Origin: Candidatus Binatia bacterium
GTDB taxonomy: Bacteria > Desulfobacterota > Binatia > UBA9968 > JAJDTQ01
Direction: 5' to 3'
Length of the DNA stretch: 64,000 bases
NCBI GenBank assembly: GCA_963666515.2
Contig: OY762897.2
Span: 3,808,001-3,872,000, forward strand
This document shows, piece by piece, positions 44,589 through 53,642 of the stretch (position 1 is its first letter; each line of letters opens with the position of its first letter). A program made the position numbers and the translations under genes. Under the pieces are notes generated by a model. It saw nothing but the letters and a program-made list of their open reading frames with translations. It had not been told where the DNA came from and made no database searches.

Positions 44589-47384
44589 ATGGCATCCGGC
44601 AAACAACGTCGCAAGAAACAGAAGCGGAAACCTTCGGGCCACGTGCCGTTGGGCGATCTGCGGGAGCAGGTTCTGCAACTCCTGGCCCGGGGAGATGGTC
44701 GCGGCGCGCTTGATCGGCTGAAGCAGGCAAAATCCGAAAACGGTCAGCCGCCGGACGAACTGCCGGTTCTTCGGTTCTGCGCCTGCGTCGGGCGCGCTCG
44801 ACAGTTGGCGCGGAGCGGTCTGGACAAGGAGGCCGCGGCCATGCGCGCGCAGGCGGCGCAACACCGGGCGTCCATCCCGGCTGCGGCGCTGGCGGAAACG
44901 GACTTGGCGCTTTACCTCCGTTACCTCGACGGCGGCGACGCTCTGGCAGTTTACGGGGATTATCTCAAGGTCCAGCCGCCCGCCCGGGCGGTCGAACGGG
45001 CATTGGCGGATCAGCTCGTGGTCCGCAGGTGCTGGAAGGGCGTCGACGGTCTTGCGCCGGACCATCCGTTGCGCCGGGACGCCGGGCCGGTCCGGGAAAG
45101 CCTCGACGCCATGGACGCCGGTGACTGGACGCGGGCCGCCGAACGCTTGCAGGGCGTGTCGCGGCGTTCGCCGTTCGCGCCTTGGCGCGTGTTCTGCAAG
45201 GCCATGAAGTGCTTCGGAGACCGCGACGACGCGGGTCTTGCGCAGAATCTCGATCTCTTGCCGGCGGATTTCGTCCTTGCCGGGACGGTTGCCGAGTGGC
45301 GCCGCGCATGCGGCCGGGACAGCGCAGGCGGACCGGTTCCGGTGCGGCGGGTTCTGGGCACGGAGGAAACCGCGGTCGAGACTCTGGCGGGAGAACTGTC
45401 CAAGGCGTTGCGTACCAACGGCCACGCGCGCGCCGTCGAGCGGTTGGTGGTCGAGTTGGCCGATGCCCTGTACCCGGATGAACCGCTTCTGGCTCGCATG
45501 GATCTGCTGCTGATCGCCGGCTTGGCCGTGCCTGACGGCGGGTTCTCCAGGGAGAGCCTGATCGGGATGGTGCGGCGGCTCGTTCCCGAGAACCGCTGGG
45601 TCGGGTTGGGAGCCCGGATCGAGCTGCTGCTTGAGCAGGTTTCGCCCGATTCCTGGGACCCGAGCGTGACGGCCGCCTTGCTGAAGCGTCTGGAGACGGA
45701 GTTCCCCCGTCCTGCGGACCGCCCGCTGGCGCGCGCCCGCATGCTCGAAGCGCTCGCTCGAAACGGCCATCGGGCCGTTCGCCCCGAACGGCTCGCGCCG
45801 CAGACCTTGCAGGCGCTGTTGGAACTGCTGAACGGCCGCTTCGACCCGTCGGAGAATGTGTTCGCCGAGTTGATGGCGGCGAGCCTCGAAGCCGATCCGT
45901 ACAACCGTGAGGGCTATCGTTTCCTGATCGAGTTGGTGCAGGGGCGTGCTGGCGCCAAGCCGCGCATACGCCGCACGTTGGAGGCCATGGCGGCGCACTT
46001 CCCGGAGGATCCGGAGCCGTGGCTGGAAATGGCGGGGCTGGACTACTCCATGAATGCGTACCGGCGCGCCGAAACGACTCTGGCCGAGGCGCAACGGCGC
46101 GCGCCCCATGACGAGCGCACCCTGGACCTGCTGGCCGTGGGTTTCCTCAAGTCCGCGGATCAGAGCCGCAAGAGCGGCCGGTTCGAGCTTGCCGCCAAAG
46201 ACCTGCGGCGCGCCGAAGAGATGCGCCGGCCGGGGCTGGAGAGCATTGTCGAAGTGAAGCGCATCCTCCTGAAGGTGGTGTCCGCGGATGCGCTGTCCCA
46301 CGGCGGAGTATCCGAGGCGGAGACCGCCATGATCGTGGAGCCCCACTTGGCGGGCCTTTCGCCGGCCGGACAGATGAGGACCCTCGCCGTCCTGCTGCAC
46401 GACCTGGAAGAGAATCGCAGCGTCAAGAACGTGCACACCGGGATGCTGGGCAGCGTGAGGGCTCTCGTGGCCGCAAGGATGGCGGATATCGACGGACTCA
46501 CCCAGGATGAGAGGATCGATCTGCTCGTTCCGTTGCCGGCCGATCTTCAGGTGCTCTACGAACGCCGGCACGTCGCTCCGGTCCTGACGGATTGGTGGCC
46601 CGACATCCTGGAGCGGCAGGAAGGCGACGGGCTCCTCGCGGTTCTCGATCTTCTGATGGAGTGCGGCGGAAGCGCCGCGGTCCGCGTGGAGATCGGGCGC
46701 CGCCTGCGCGGGGCGAAGGCGCGCGACCGCGATCCCGTGCTGCTCCTGTACCTCGCGGTGATCCGCTACCGGGCCGGCGATGACTATGATTCCCGACGAT
46801 TTACGGAAGCCCTGGAAGCGGCCGGCGCCGCCGGTCGGAAAAAGCTTCGAACGGTGTCGGCCGGGCTCGCGCGGTTCACCGAGGGCCGCCTTTGCGAAGC
46901 GCTTCACAAGTTCGACTTCTCGTTGCTCGACGCGCCGCCCTGGCTCGACGAAGGTCCCTCGATGGCGGAGATGCTGGACGCGATTTTCGGTCTCGAGGAC
47001 GGGTTCGACGAGCCGCCGCCGGCGCTGAGCAGGGAGTTCGACACCGAGGAGGAGGACGGGCCGCCCCTCGACGAACTCATGGACGCCCTGAAAAACGGTC
47101 TGCGGAACGCTGCTTCCGTCGCCGCGGGCCAGATGTCGTTGTTCGGGGACGCGGCCGAGGCGACTCTGCTTACGCTGGAAACCATCCTCGACCGGTACGG
47201 TCTGCGCGGCCATCCCGCGGATATGCTCCGGCGCGTCGCCAGCATCGTGAGGACGGACGCCGCCATCCGGCGCAATCTGGACGCGCTGGCGCAGCAGTGC
47301 GGGGGGGCGGACCTGGGCGATCGGATCACGCCGGAGGCGCGGGTTTTCCTGTTCCCGCATCGGCGCAAGCGGCGCGGCCGCTGA
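44589..47384 (+). CDS. Large alpha-helical (TPR-like) hypothetical protein, 931 aa
   Basis: Long helical ORF with TPR-like segments (HFPEDPEPWLEMA, AEAQRRAPHD); basic N- and C-termini; acidic patch; first gene of the chaperone operon. Confidence 0.75.
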   Translation: MASGKQRRKKQKRKPSGHVPLGDLREQVLQLLARGDGRGALDRLKQAKSENGQPPDELPVLRFCACVGRARQLARSGLDKEAAAMRAQAAQHRASIPAAALAETDLALYLRYLDGGDALAVYGDYLKVQPPARAVERALADQLVVRRCWKGVDGLAPDHPLRRDAGPVRESLDAMDAGDWTRAAERLQGVSRRSPFAPWRVFCKAMKCFGDRDDAGLAQNLDLLPADFVLAGTVAEWRRACGRDSAGGPVPVRRVLGTEETAVETLAGELSKALRTNGHARAVERLVVELADALYPDEPLLARMDLLLIAGLAVPDGGFSRESLIGMVRRLVPENRWVGLGARIELLLEQVSPDSWDPSVTAALLKRLETEFPRPADRPLARARMLEALARNGHRAVRPERLAPQTLQALLELLNGRFDPSENVFAELMAASLEADPYNREGYRFLIELVQGRAGAKPRIRRTLEAMAAHFPEDPEPWLEMAGLDYSMNAYRRAETTLAEAQRRAPHDERTLDLLAVGFLKSADQSRKSGRFELAAKDLRRAEEMRRPGLESIVEVKRILLKVVSADALSHGGVSEAETAMIVEPHLAGLSPAGQMRTLAVLLHDLEENRSVKNVHTGMLGSVRALVAARMADIDGLTQDERIDLLVPLPADLQVLYERRHVAPVLTDWWPDILERQEGDGLLAVLDLLMECGGSAAVRVEIGRRLRGAKARDRDPVLLLYLAVIRYRAGDDYDSRRFTEALEAAGAAGRKKLRTVSAGLARFTEGRLCEALHKFDFSLLDAPPWLDEGPSMAEMLDAIFGLEDGFDEPPPALSREFDTEEEDGPPLDELMDALKNGLRNAASVAAGQMSLFGDAAEATLLTLETILDRYGLRGHPADMLRRVASIVRTDAAIRRNLDALAQQCGGADLGDRITPEARVFLFPHRRKRRGR

Positions 47385-47395
47385 GGAACGGAGCC

Positions 47396-47701
47396 ATGCT
47401 GAGCCACTACCTGACCCTCGGACTGCCGCCGTCGGCTTCCAGCCAGGAGATTCGACGGCGCTACCTCGAACTCGTCCGCGCCCATCCGCCCAGCCGGGAG
47501 CCCGAGTACGGCGAGCGGATCATCGCCGCCTACGAGGCGTTGAAGGACGATCGGCGGCGAGTGGACACCGACTTGTTCGGGATGGCCCGCTGCGGCGGTT
47601 TCGAGCTGGCCCTGGACGCGCTGGTGCGGGCGCGCCCATCGGGACGCGCGACCCCCGGCCTCAAGACGCTTCTCGCCGCGGAAGGCATCGGTGATGACTG
47701 A
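47396..47701 (+). CDS. Small J-domain (DnaJ-like) protein with non-canonical HPP motif
   Basis: HYLTLGL...EIRRRYLELVRAHPPSR...IIAAYEAL; RBS GGAG. Confidence 0.8.
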   Translation: MLSHYLTLGLPPSASSQEIRRRYLELVRAHPPSREPEYGERIIAAYEALKDDRRRVDTDLFGMARCGGFELALDALVRARPSGRATPGLKTLLAAEGIGDD

Positions 47702-48380
47702 GCAGGACCGCGGCTGGAAGGAACGCGCGCTGGCGGACTTCCGGGAGTGGCTCGATGAGATGGACGGTGGCGCGGCGCCGGCGGATGCGGACCCGGAAAG
47801 CGTAACGCCGGAGCCCCCCCAGCCCGACCTGCGGTCGCTCTTCGCCGAGTTCGCGGCGCTCCGGCAGGAGGTCCGGCTTCAGAACCGGGAGCAATCCAGG
47901 GCGGTGCGGGAACTCGTCAAGGCGGCGGACGGTTACGAGGACGCGACGCGTCTGGTTCAACGCCGGGAAGACGATCTCGCGGCGTTCGAGAACCGGATCG
48001 CCCGGGAGGCCGAGAATCGCTGCCTGCGCTCCGTTCTGGAGGTGCGCGACGCGCTGGTGCGGGGCCGGGACGCGGCGGTCGCGCTGAGCCAAGGGCGGGG
48101 ACTGTTCCGGCGTCCGTCGCGCGGCGTCGCCGGCGTGGCCGAAGGGTACGAGATCGCGCTTCGGCGCTTCGACCGGATGTTGTCCGGGTTCGGCGTGGCG
48201 CCGGTGAAGACCACCGGGCATCCCTTCGATTCCCGGACCATGCACGCGATGGAAATTCGCCGGGCCGGGGAGAGCGGGAGCGGCGTGGTCGCGGAAGAAT
48301 TGCGTAGCGGCTTCACGCGCGACGGCGAGGTGCTGCGCGTCGCCGACGTGGCCGTGAACCGTTTCGACACAGGAGAGTGA
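47691..48380 (+). CDS. grpE: GrpE-family nucleotide exchange factor
   Basis: Coiled coil followed by GHPFDSRTMHAM and GFTRDGEVLRVADVAV; overlaps the J gene. Confidence 0.8.
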   Translation: MMTEQDRGWKERALADFREWLDEMDGGAAPADADPESVTPEPPQPDLRSLFAEFAALRQEVRLQNREQSRAVRELVKAADGYEDATRLVQRREDDLAAFENRIAREAENRCLRSVLEVRDALVRGRDAAVALSQGRGLFRRPSRGVAGVAEGYEIALRRFDRMLSGFGVAPVKTTGHPFDSRTMHAMEIRRAGESGSGVVAEELRSGFTRDGEVLRVADVAVNRFDTGE

Positions 48381-48383
48381 AAC

Positions 48384-50171
48384 ATGGATTCCGAACCCAT
48401 CGTCGGCATCGACCTCGGCACGACCAACTCCGAGGTGGTGGTCCTTTCCGGCGGGAAGCCGGAGGTCGTGCGCGAGGATGACGATGCCATCGTGCCCTCG
48501 TGCGTCGGGCTGGACGAGGCGGGCAACGTCATCGTCGGGCGCCAAGCGCGGAACCAGGCCGCGGTCGCCCCCGAGCGGACGGTGCTTTCCATCAAGCGGC
48601 TGATGGGTTCCGGCGAGCGGGTGGTGATGGGGTCGGAGACGTACACTCCGCAGGAATTGTCGGCCTTCATTCTCAAGGCGCTCAAGGAACGGGCCGCCCG
48701 CGCGCTGGCCCGGGAGGTGCGCAAGGCGGTGATCACGGTGCCGGCCTACTTCACCGACGCCCAGCGTCAGGCCACCCGGGAAGCCGGCCGCATCGCCGGG
48801 CTGGAGGTGGCGCGGATCATCAATGAGCCGACCGCGGCCGCGCTGAGCTACGAGAGCCGCAGCAGCGGGAGCCGCCGAATCCTCGTCTACGACCTGGGCG
48901 GCGGCACCTTCGACGTCTCGGTGGTGGCCATCGAGGACGGCGTGGTCGAGGTTCTCGCTTCCACCGGAGACAATCACCTCGGCGGCGACGACTTCGACGC
49001 CTTGATCGTGAAGCGTCTCAACACGCACGTCGAGAGCGAGCTCGGCATCGAAGGCGCCGGCGACAACCTCCTCCTGCAAGCGCGGCTCCGGCGGGCGTCG
49101 GAGCAGGCCAAGATCGAGCTTTCGACCCAACCCTTCGTCCGGGTCGAGGAGGATCATATCGCCTCGGTGGACGGCGAGCCCAGGCATCTGTCCTTCGAGG
49201 TGAGCCGCGCGGACTTCGAGCAGGACCTCGAGGAGATGCTGGCCCGCACCATGCAGTCGGTGACGACGGCGCTCAACGACGCCGGCGTGGTGCCGAGCCA
49301 GATCGACCGCGTCCTGCTGGTGGGCGGTTCGACCCGCATTCCCCGCATCGCCCAGCTTCTCGCGGAGCGGTTGGGGCAGGAGCCCCACGGCGAAGTGGAC
49401 CCGGACCTGTGCGTCGCTTTGGGGGCCGGCGTGCAGGCGGGCATCGAGATGGGGCACGACATGCAGTCCGTGCTGGTGGACATCACCCCTTATACCTTCG
49501 GCACCAGCGCCGTCGGCGAGCTCTACGGCCTGCCGTACGCCCATCAGTACTTCCCTCTCATCCGGCGCAACAGCAAGCTTCCCGCCACCCACACCGAGGC
49601 GTTTTCGACCTTGACCGAACACCAGGACACGGTGGAGGTCAAGGTCTACCAGGGGGAAGACCCGGATGCATTGAAGAACGTGGAGATCGGCTCGTTTTCC
49701 ATTACCGGCCTCAACCGGCAGCGCGGGGCATACGAGCAGGGCCTGCTTTTTTCCTTTCACCTGGACCTCGACGGCCTGCTCAAGGTCCACGCGGTGGAGC
49801 GGGCCACCGGCCGGGAAATCCGCGGCGTCGTCGAAAACGCCCTGGAGCGTTCCACCGAGGAAAGCCTCGCCGCCTCGATGCAGCGCATCGAAGCGCTGTG
49901 GGGCGAAGAAGAGATGCCCGCCGGCGGCGCTCGGGAGGAAGCGGCGGGGGCCGCCAGCGCTCCGGATCCCGGCAGCGACTTCCAGGCCGGCGATGAGTTC
50001 CAGGAGACGCTGGATCGCGCCCGGGCCGCGCTCGACACCGCTCCCGCTCCGGACCAGCAGGAGATCATCGACCTGATCGAAGACCTGCGCTACGCGTTAC
50101 GGGAAGGGCGCGCCGAAGACGCCGCGACGGTGAAGCAGGATCTCGACGAGATACTCTTCTATCTGGAGTAG
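48384..50171 (+). CDS. Hsp70-family chaperone (DnaK paralogue)
   Basis: GIDLGTTNS, VITVPAYF, INEPTAAAL, DLGGGTFDVS, GDNHLGGDDFD and LVGGSTRIP motifs; divergent linker VLVDITPYTFG and short lid. Confidence 0.93.
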   Translation: MDSEPIVGIDLGTTNSEVVVLSGGKPEVVREDDDAIVPSCVGLDEAGNVIVGRQARNQAAVAPERTVLSIKRLMGSGERVVMGSETYTPQELSAFILKALKERAARALAREVRKAVITVPAYFTDAQRQATREAGRIAGLEVARIINEPTAAALSYESRSSGSRRILVYDLGGGTFDVSVVAIEDGVVEVLASTGDNHLGGDDFDALIVKRLNTHVESELGIEGAGDNLLLQARLRRASEQAKIELSTQPFVRVEEDHIASVDGEPRHLSFEVSRADFEQDLEEMLARTMQSVTTALNDAGVVPSQIDRVLLVGGSTRIPRIAQLLAERLGQEPHGEVDPDLCVALGAGVQAGIEMGHDMQSVLVDITPYTFGTSAVGELYGLPYAHQYFPLIRRNSKLPATHTEAFSTLTEHQDTVEVKVYQGEDPDALKNVEIGSFSITGLNRQRGAYEQGLLFSFHLDLDGLLKVHAVERATGREIRGVVENALERSTEESLAASMQRIEALWGEEEMPAGGAREEAAGAASAPDPGSDFQAGDEFQETLDRARAALDTAPAPDQQEIIDLIEDLRYALREGRAEDAATVKQDLDEILFYLE

Positions 50172-50179
50172 TCCACGTC

Positions 50180-50473
50180 ATGCGCTGCCCGACCTGCGGA
50201 GCCAGACAGGTGGAAGGCCCCTGCTGCCACCGTTGCGAAACCGACCTGCGCCAAGTGTTCGCCATCGAACGAGCCGCGGCCAACGAGAGGCAGCGCGCGC
50301 TCACCGCCCTCGCCCACGGCCGCCGATCGGAAGCCCGCGCCCTCGCCAACCGCGCCTGCACCCTGCACCGGTCCCGTGACGCCGTCGCCGCCCGCGCCGC
50401 GGTTGCCCTGGCAGACCGCGACTTCCCCTTGGCGTTGCGGCTGTGGCGGGAAACGCGCCGCGCACCAGATTGA
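50180..50473 (+). CDS. Zinc-ribbon + TPR-like small protein
   Basis: CPTC...CHRC followed by Ala-rich helices; 8 nt after the Hsp70 stop. Confidence 0.65.
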   Translation: MRCPTCGARQVEGPCCHRCETDLRQVFAIERAAANERQRALTALAHGRRSEARALANRACTLHRSRDAVAARAAVALADRDFPLALRLWRETRRAPD

Positions 50474-50544
50474 GACGCAAGAGTTACGGAGGATGGGAAA
50501 GCGCCGGACTGCTGCGAGTCGCCCTGGGTGACTTCGCCGGCTGG

Positions 50545-51525
50545 CTACGTGTCCCGCACGCTCGGGTGAAAGAGTTCCTCCACCGGGTACGGCGAGTCGA
50601 TCAGCGTCTGGTCGGTCAGGTATTTCATGAAGCGTTCGAGGCAGGCGCGGTTGGCCGCGAGGCCCGAAGGCCAGATGTCGGCGCCGAACAGGGTCCGTTC
50701 CTCCTCGAAGTCATTGCGCGCGAAGGCCAGTTCGGCATAGCCCGGGTCGTCATAGAATTCCGCCGCCTGGGCCTTGGAATCCTCCCACATGTCCATCAGC
50801 GCGCGCGGCAGGCCGGGGTGACGGTCGGCGATTTCCTGCTTGTAGACCAGCACGTGCATGATCGGATAGTCGCCGTTCTTCCTGAAATAGCGCGCGCATT
50901 CCTCCTTGGTGTCGGGGAACAGCCGGTGGAGCGATCCCTCGCGCAAGCCCTCCAGCAGCTTGGGCGGCGGATGCGGGTGGATCATCATGGCAAGGTCGCC
51001 CTCGATCAGCGCGTCCGGGGCGCTGGGCTCGTCGATCAGAGTCAGATTGGCGGCCTCGCGGCCCGGCCAGTCGATGAGTTCCGAGCTCATGGTCTGCCAG
51101 TCCAGCTCCTGCCAGGGCACGCCGTACTCGAACGCGAGGTCGCCTTTGGCCAGCACCGACATGGTGGTCTGGAAACTGCGGCAGCAGACCTTCCGGCCGA
51201 TCAGGTCCGCCGGCTTTTCGATGCCGGCCGCGGTGCTGACGAACATGTGGTTCTGGCTGAACAGGCGGCGCGGGAACACCGGCGTCGCCGTGTAGTCAAG
51301 CCCGCGGCTCTTGGCCGTGAGGTAGGACGACAGCGACATCTCGCAAATGTCGAACTCGCCGCCGCGCATGAAGCGCCTGTGGCGGTCGATGCCGTCGCGC
51401 CTCGGCGGCGCCATGCCGACCTCGAGCACTTTCAGGTCGATGCCTTCCGGGGGCGAGACCATTCCCATGAAGAACGGCACGTGCCGGTCATACCGCTCCA
51501 GCGCGATGGTCAATTCCGTCGCCAT
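50545..51525 (-). CDS. 4,5-dihydroxyphthalate decarboxylase-like / periplasmic-binding-fold protein
   Basis: YDRH, FDICEMSLSSY, PVFPRRLF, YPIMH and WPSGLAANR motifs. Confidence 0.75.
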   Translation of the reverse strand: MATELTIALERYDRHVPFFMGMVSPPEGIDLKVLEVGMAPPRRDGIDRHRRFMRGGEFDICEMSLSSYLTAKSRGLDYTATPVFPRRLFSQNHMFVSTAAGIEKPADLIGRKVCCRSFQTTMSVLAKGDLAFEYGVPWQELDWQTMSSELIDWPGREAANLTLIDEPSAPDALIEGDLAMMIHPHPPPKLLEGLREGSLHRLFPDTKEECARYFRKNGDYPIMHVLVYKQEIADRHPGLPRALMDMWEDSKAQAAEFYDDPGYAELAFARNDFEEERTLFGADIWPSGLAANRACLERFMKYLTDQTLIDSPYPVEELFHPSVRDT

Positions 51526-51541
51526 GTCGGGTTCCCTCGCC

Positions 51542-52705
51542 TTACGCGTCCAGCTTGAACAGCCGCTCCGCGTTGCCGTGGCGGATCAGCTCCTTGGTCT
51601 CCTCGGAGAGGTTCTGGTTGACGGCCAGGAGCTGGACGTCGCGGAACTTCATGCTGCCGCCGGGGTCGTCGTGGGGGTAGTCGGTGGCGAACAGGAAGCG
51701 CTCCGCTCCCAGGAAGTCGATGGCGTCGGGCAGCGCGGCCTCCTCGGTCTCGATGGTGAAGTAGAAGTTGTTGCGGAAGTAGTGGCTGGCCGGCTGCCTG
51801 TTCTTCTCCAGGAACACCTCAGGTCCATAGAACGCCCGGTGGCGGCGCAGCTTGGCCTGGACCCCGCGCATGACGTCAGCGTCGGCGTCCCCGTCGTAGT
51901 CCACCGGAGGGCCGGCGAAGGCCGCGTCCAGCCGTTCCACCAAGGGCCTGATGAAACCCGTTCCGGCCTCGGTGAAGATGAACTGGAGGCCGGGGAAGTC
52001 GTCCAGCAGCCCGCTGGTCACGAGCGACACCAGGCTCACCTGCCCCTCCTGCGGCGCGAACAGGTAGAGGCCGTCCTTCTGGAAGTTGGGCAGGTTGCTG
52101 ATGCGGTGGCCGTGCTGGATGTTGTGGAGGAAGATGGGCATCTCCATCTCTTCGGCCCGGGCGAAGAAGGGCCACAGCTCCTTGTGGCTGCCGAGGCTCT
52201 CGCCGTAGGGGTGGTCCTGCACCGGGTAGACCTTGTCCAGCACCACCGCGCAAAACCCCTCCTTCTGCGCCCACTCCATCTCGCGAATGGCCGCGGGCAC
52301 GTCCTGGAGCTGCACGATGGCCACGCCGACGAGACAGTTGTGGCGCTCCATCATGCGCAGGTTGGACAGGTTGTAGGAGCGGGCGATGGCCGACGCCAGC
52401 GCCGGCTCGATCATGTAGCTCCACCAGCCGGAGAACTGCGGCAGCACGAACTGCCGGTCCACCCCCAGCACCGGCATCTCGTCGAGCCGCACCTGCAGGT
52501 CCACCAGCCCCTTCATCTTGGCCCCGGAGCCCGGCGCGCCCAACGGCGTCACGCCGGGGACTTCGGGCGGCCCGCCGGGAAACTCCATGTCGACGAGCAG
52601 TCCGTCTTCGCCATACACGGGGACCGGCGCCTTGCCGCGGAACTCCTCGGGCACGTAGTCAAAGGCGTCCTCGGGCATGATGTGGGTGTCGCAGTCGATG
52701 ATCAC
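51542..52705 (-). CDS. Amidohydrolase_2 family protein
   Basis: IDCDTH, PIFLH, TEAG and FATDYPHDD motifs; GTG 52705 after AGGAGG. Confidence 0.85.
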   Translation of the reverse strand: MIIDCDTHIMPEDAFDYVPEEFRGKAPVPVYGEDGLLVDMEFPGGPPEVPGVTPLGAPGSGAKMKGLVDLQVRLDEMPVLGVDRQFVLPQFSGWWSYMIEPALASAIARSYNLSNLRMMERHNCLVGVAIVQLQDVPAAIREMEWAQKEGFCAVVLDKVYPVQDHPYGESLGSHKELWPFFARAEEMEMPIFLHNIQHGHRISNLPNFQKDGLYLFAPQEGQVSLVSLVTSGLLDDFPGLQFIFTEAGTGFIRPLVERLDAAFAGPPVDYDGDADADVMRGVQAKLRRHRAFYGPEVFLEKNRQPASHYFRNNFYFTIETEEAALPDAIDFLGAERFLFATDYPHDDPGGSMKFRDVQLLAVNQNLSEETKELIRHGNAERLFKLDA

Positions 52706-52871
52706 GGGGTTTCCTCCTGGTCGGATCAGATAGCTATTAGCGCCGTTGGGCGGTGTTGGCAACCTTGCCGGGCCCGGACGAGCGATCGGTCCAGGCACCC
52801 GTCGGAAGAAGAACATACTGACGCCCTGCCTGTCATTGTACAGGCCATAAATTCCTGGCATAGTTTAAGCC

Positions 52872-53141
52872 ATGCCAATGCCACGTCACAATATGCATGT
52901 TCCTCTTCCGACGGACACCCATGCGCGACTCAAAGCGGAGTCCAAGCGCTCTGGGCGGCCCACGACGGCGCTGGCCCGCGAAGCTATCGAGACATGGCTG
53001 GCCGAGCGGGAAAAAGAGTCCCTGCACGATGCAATCGCCGAGTATGCGCGGGTGGCTGCCGGGACACCGGCTGATCTGGATCCGGAGTTGGAAAGCGCCG
53101 CGGTGGATCATCTGCTGGATACCGAGCGGGGCGACGCGTGA
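52872..53141 (+). CDS. Ribbon-helix-helix antitoxin
   Basis: HVPLP...RLKAES.RSGRPTTALAREAI motif; GTGA overlap with the toxin. Confidence 0.75.
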   Translation: MPMPRHNMHVPLPTDTHARLKAESKRSGRPTTALAREAIETWLAEREKESLHDAIAEYARVAAGTPADLDPELESAAVDHLLDTERGDA

Positions 53142-53485
53142 AACGCGGGGATGTTTACTGGGCAACCCTGACGCCTCGGTCGGGCTCGGAACAGAAGGGT
53201 CGGCGCCCCGTCATCGTCGTTTCCCATGACGGTTTCAATCAGACATCCGCATGGCGTTCCATCATCGTCGTCCCGCTGTCAACGTCTATCCCCCAACGGC
53301 AACGTGGACCGACGTCCGTTGCCTTGCCTGAAGGCGTCGCAGGCCTGAACCGGGACGGCGTTGCGCTATGCCACCAAGTCACCACGCTCGATCGGGCCAA
53401 GCTGTCGCGCCATATCGGCACCCTGCCTACGGTGGCCATGAGCGCGGTGGATGCCGGCCTCAAGGCCGCGCTCGCGTTGTGGTAA
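53138..53485 (+). CDS. PemK/MazF-family endoribonuclease toxin
   Basis: MKRGDVYW, GSEQKGRRPVIVVS, VVPLST and CHQVTTLDR motifs. Confidence 0.9.
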   Translation: MKRGDVYWATLTPRSGSEQKGRRPVIVVSHDGFNQTSAWRSIIVVPLSTSIPQRQRGPTSVALPEGVAGLNRDGVALCHQVTTLDRAKLSRHIGTLPTVAMSAVDAGLKAALALW

Positions 53486-53541
53486 ACCGCCGGTACGGAA
53501 GCGGCAGCCCACCGTCTCCTGAAACGTACACGGTGCCCATC

Positions 53542-53563
53542 CGGGCTTGAAACCTGCCCCTGC
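53542..53563 (-). repeat. GTAG-type REP variant
   Basis: Reverse strand GCAGGGGCAGGTTTCAAGCCC resembles the copy at 34077. Confidence 0.45.
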
Positions 53564-53642
53564 ACCCGGACCGTCCTGCGGCGCAGGCTCCCAAGGACGG
53601 CGGGACTTCACGGACCACGGGCGAATCGGTAAGAAGAGCGTC

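Noticed and set aside
46892-47395. N-terminal extension of the J-domain ORF
   Set aside because: Alternative frame inside the 931-aa gene; RBS and J motif start at 47396
48384-50171. Calling the Hsp70 the housekeeping dnaK
   Set aside because: Divergent linker and lid, atypical partners, and no full-length DnaJ or HrcA; left without a gene symbol
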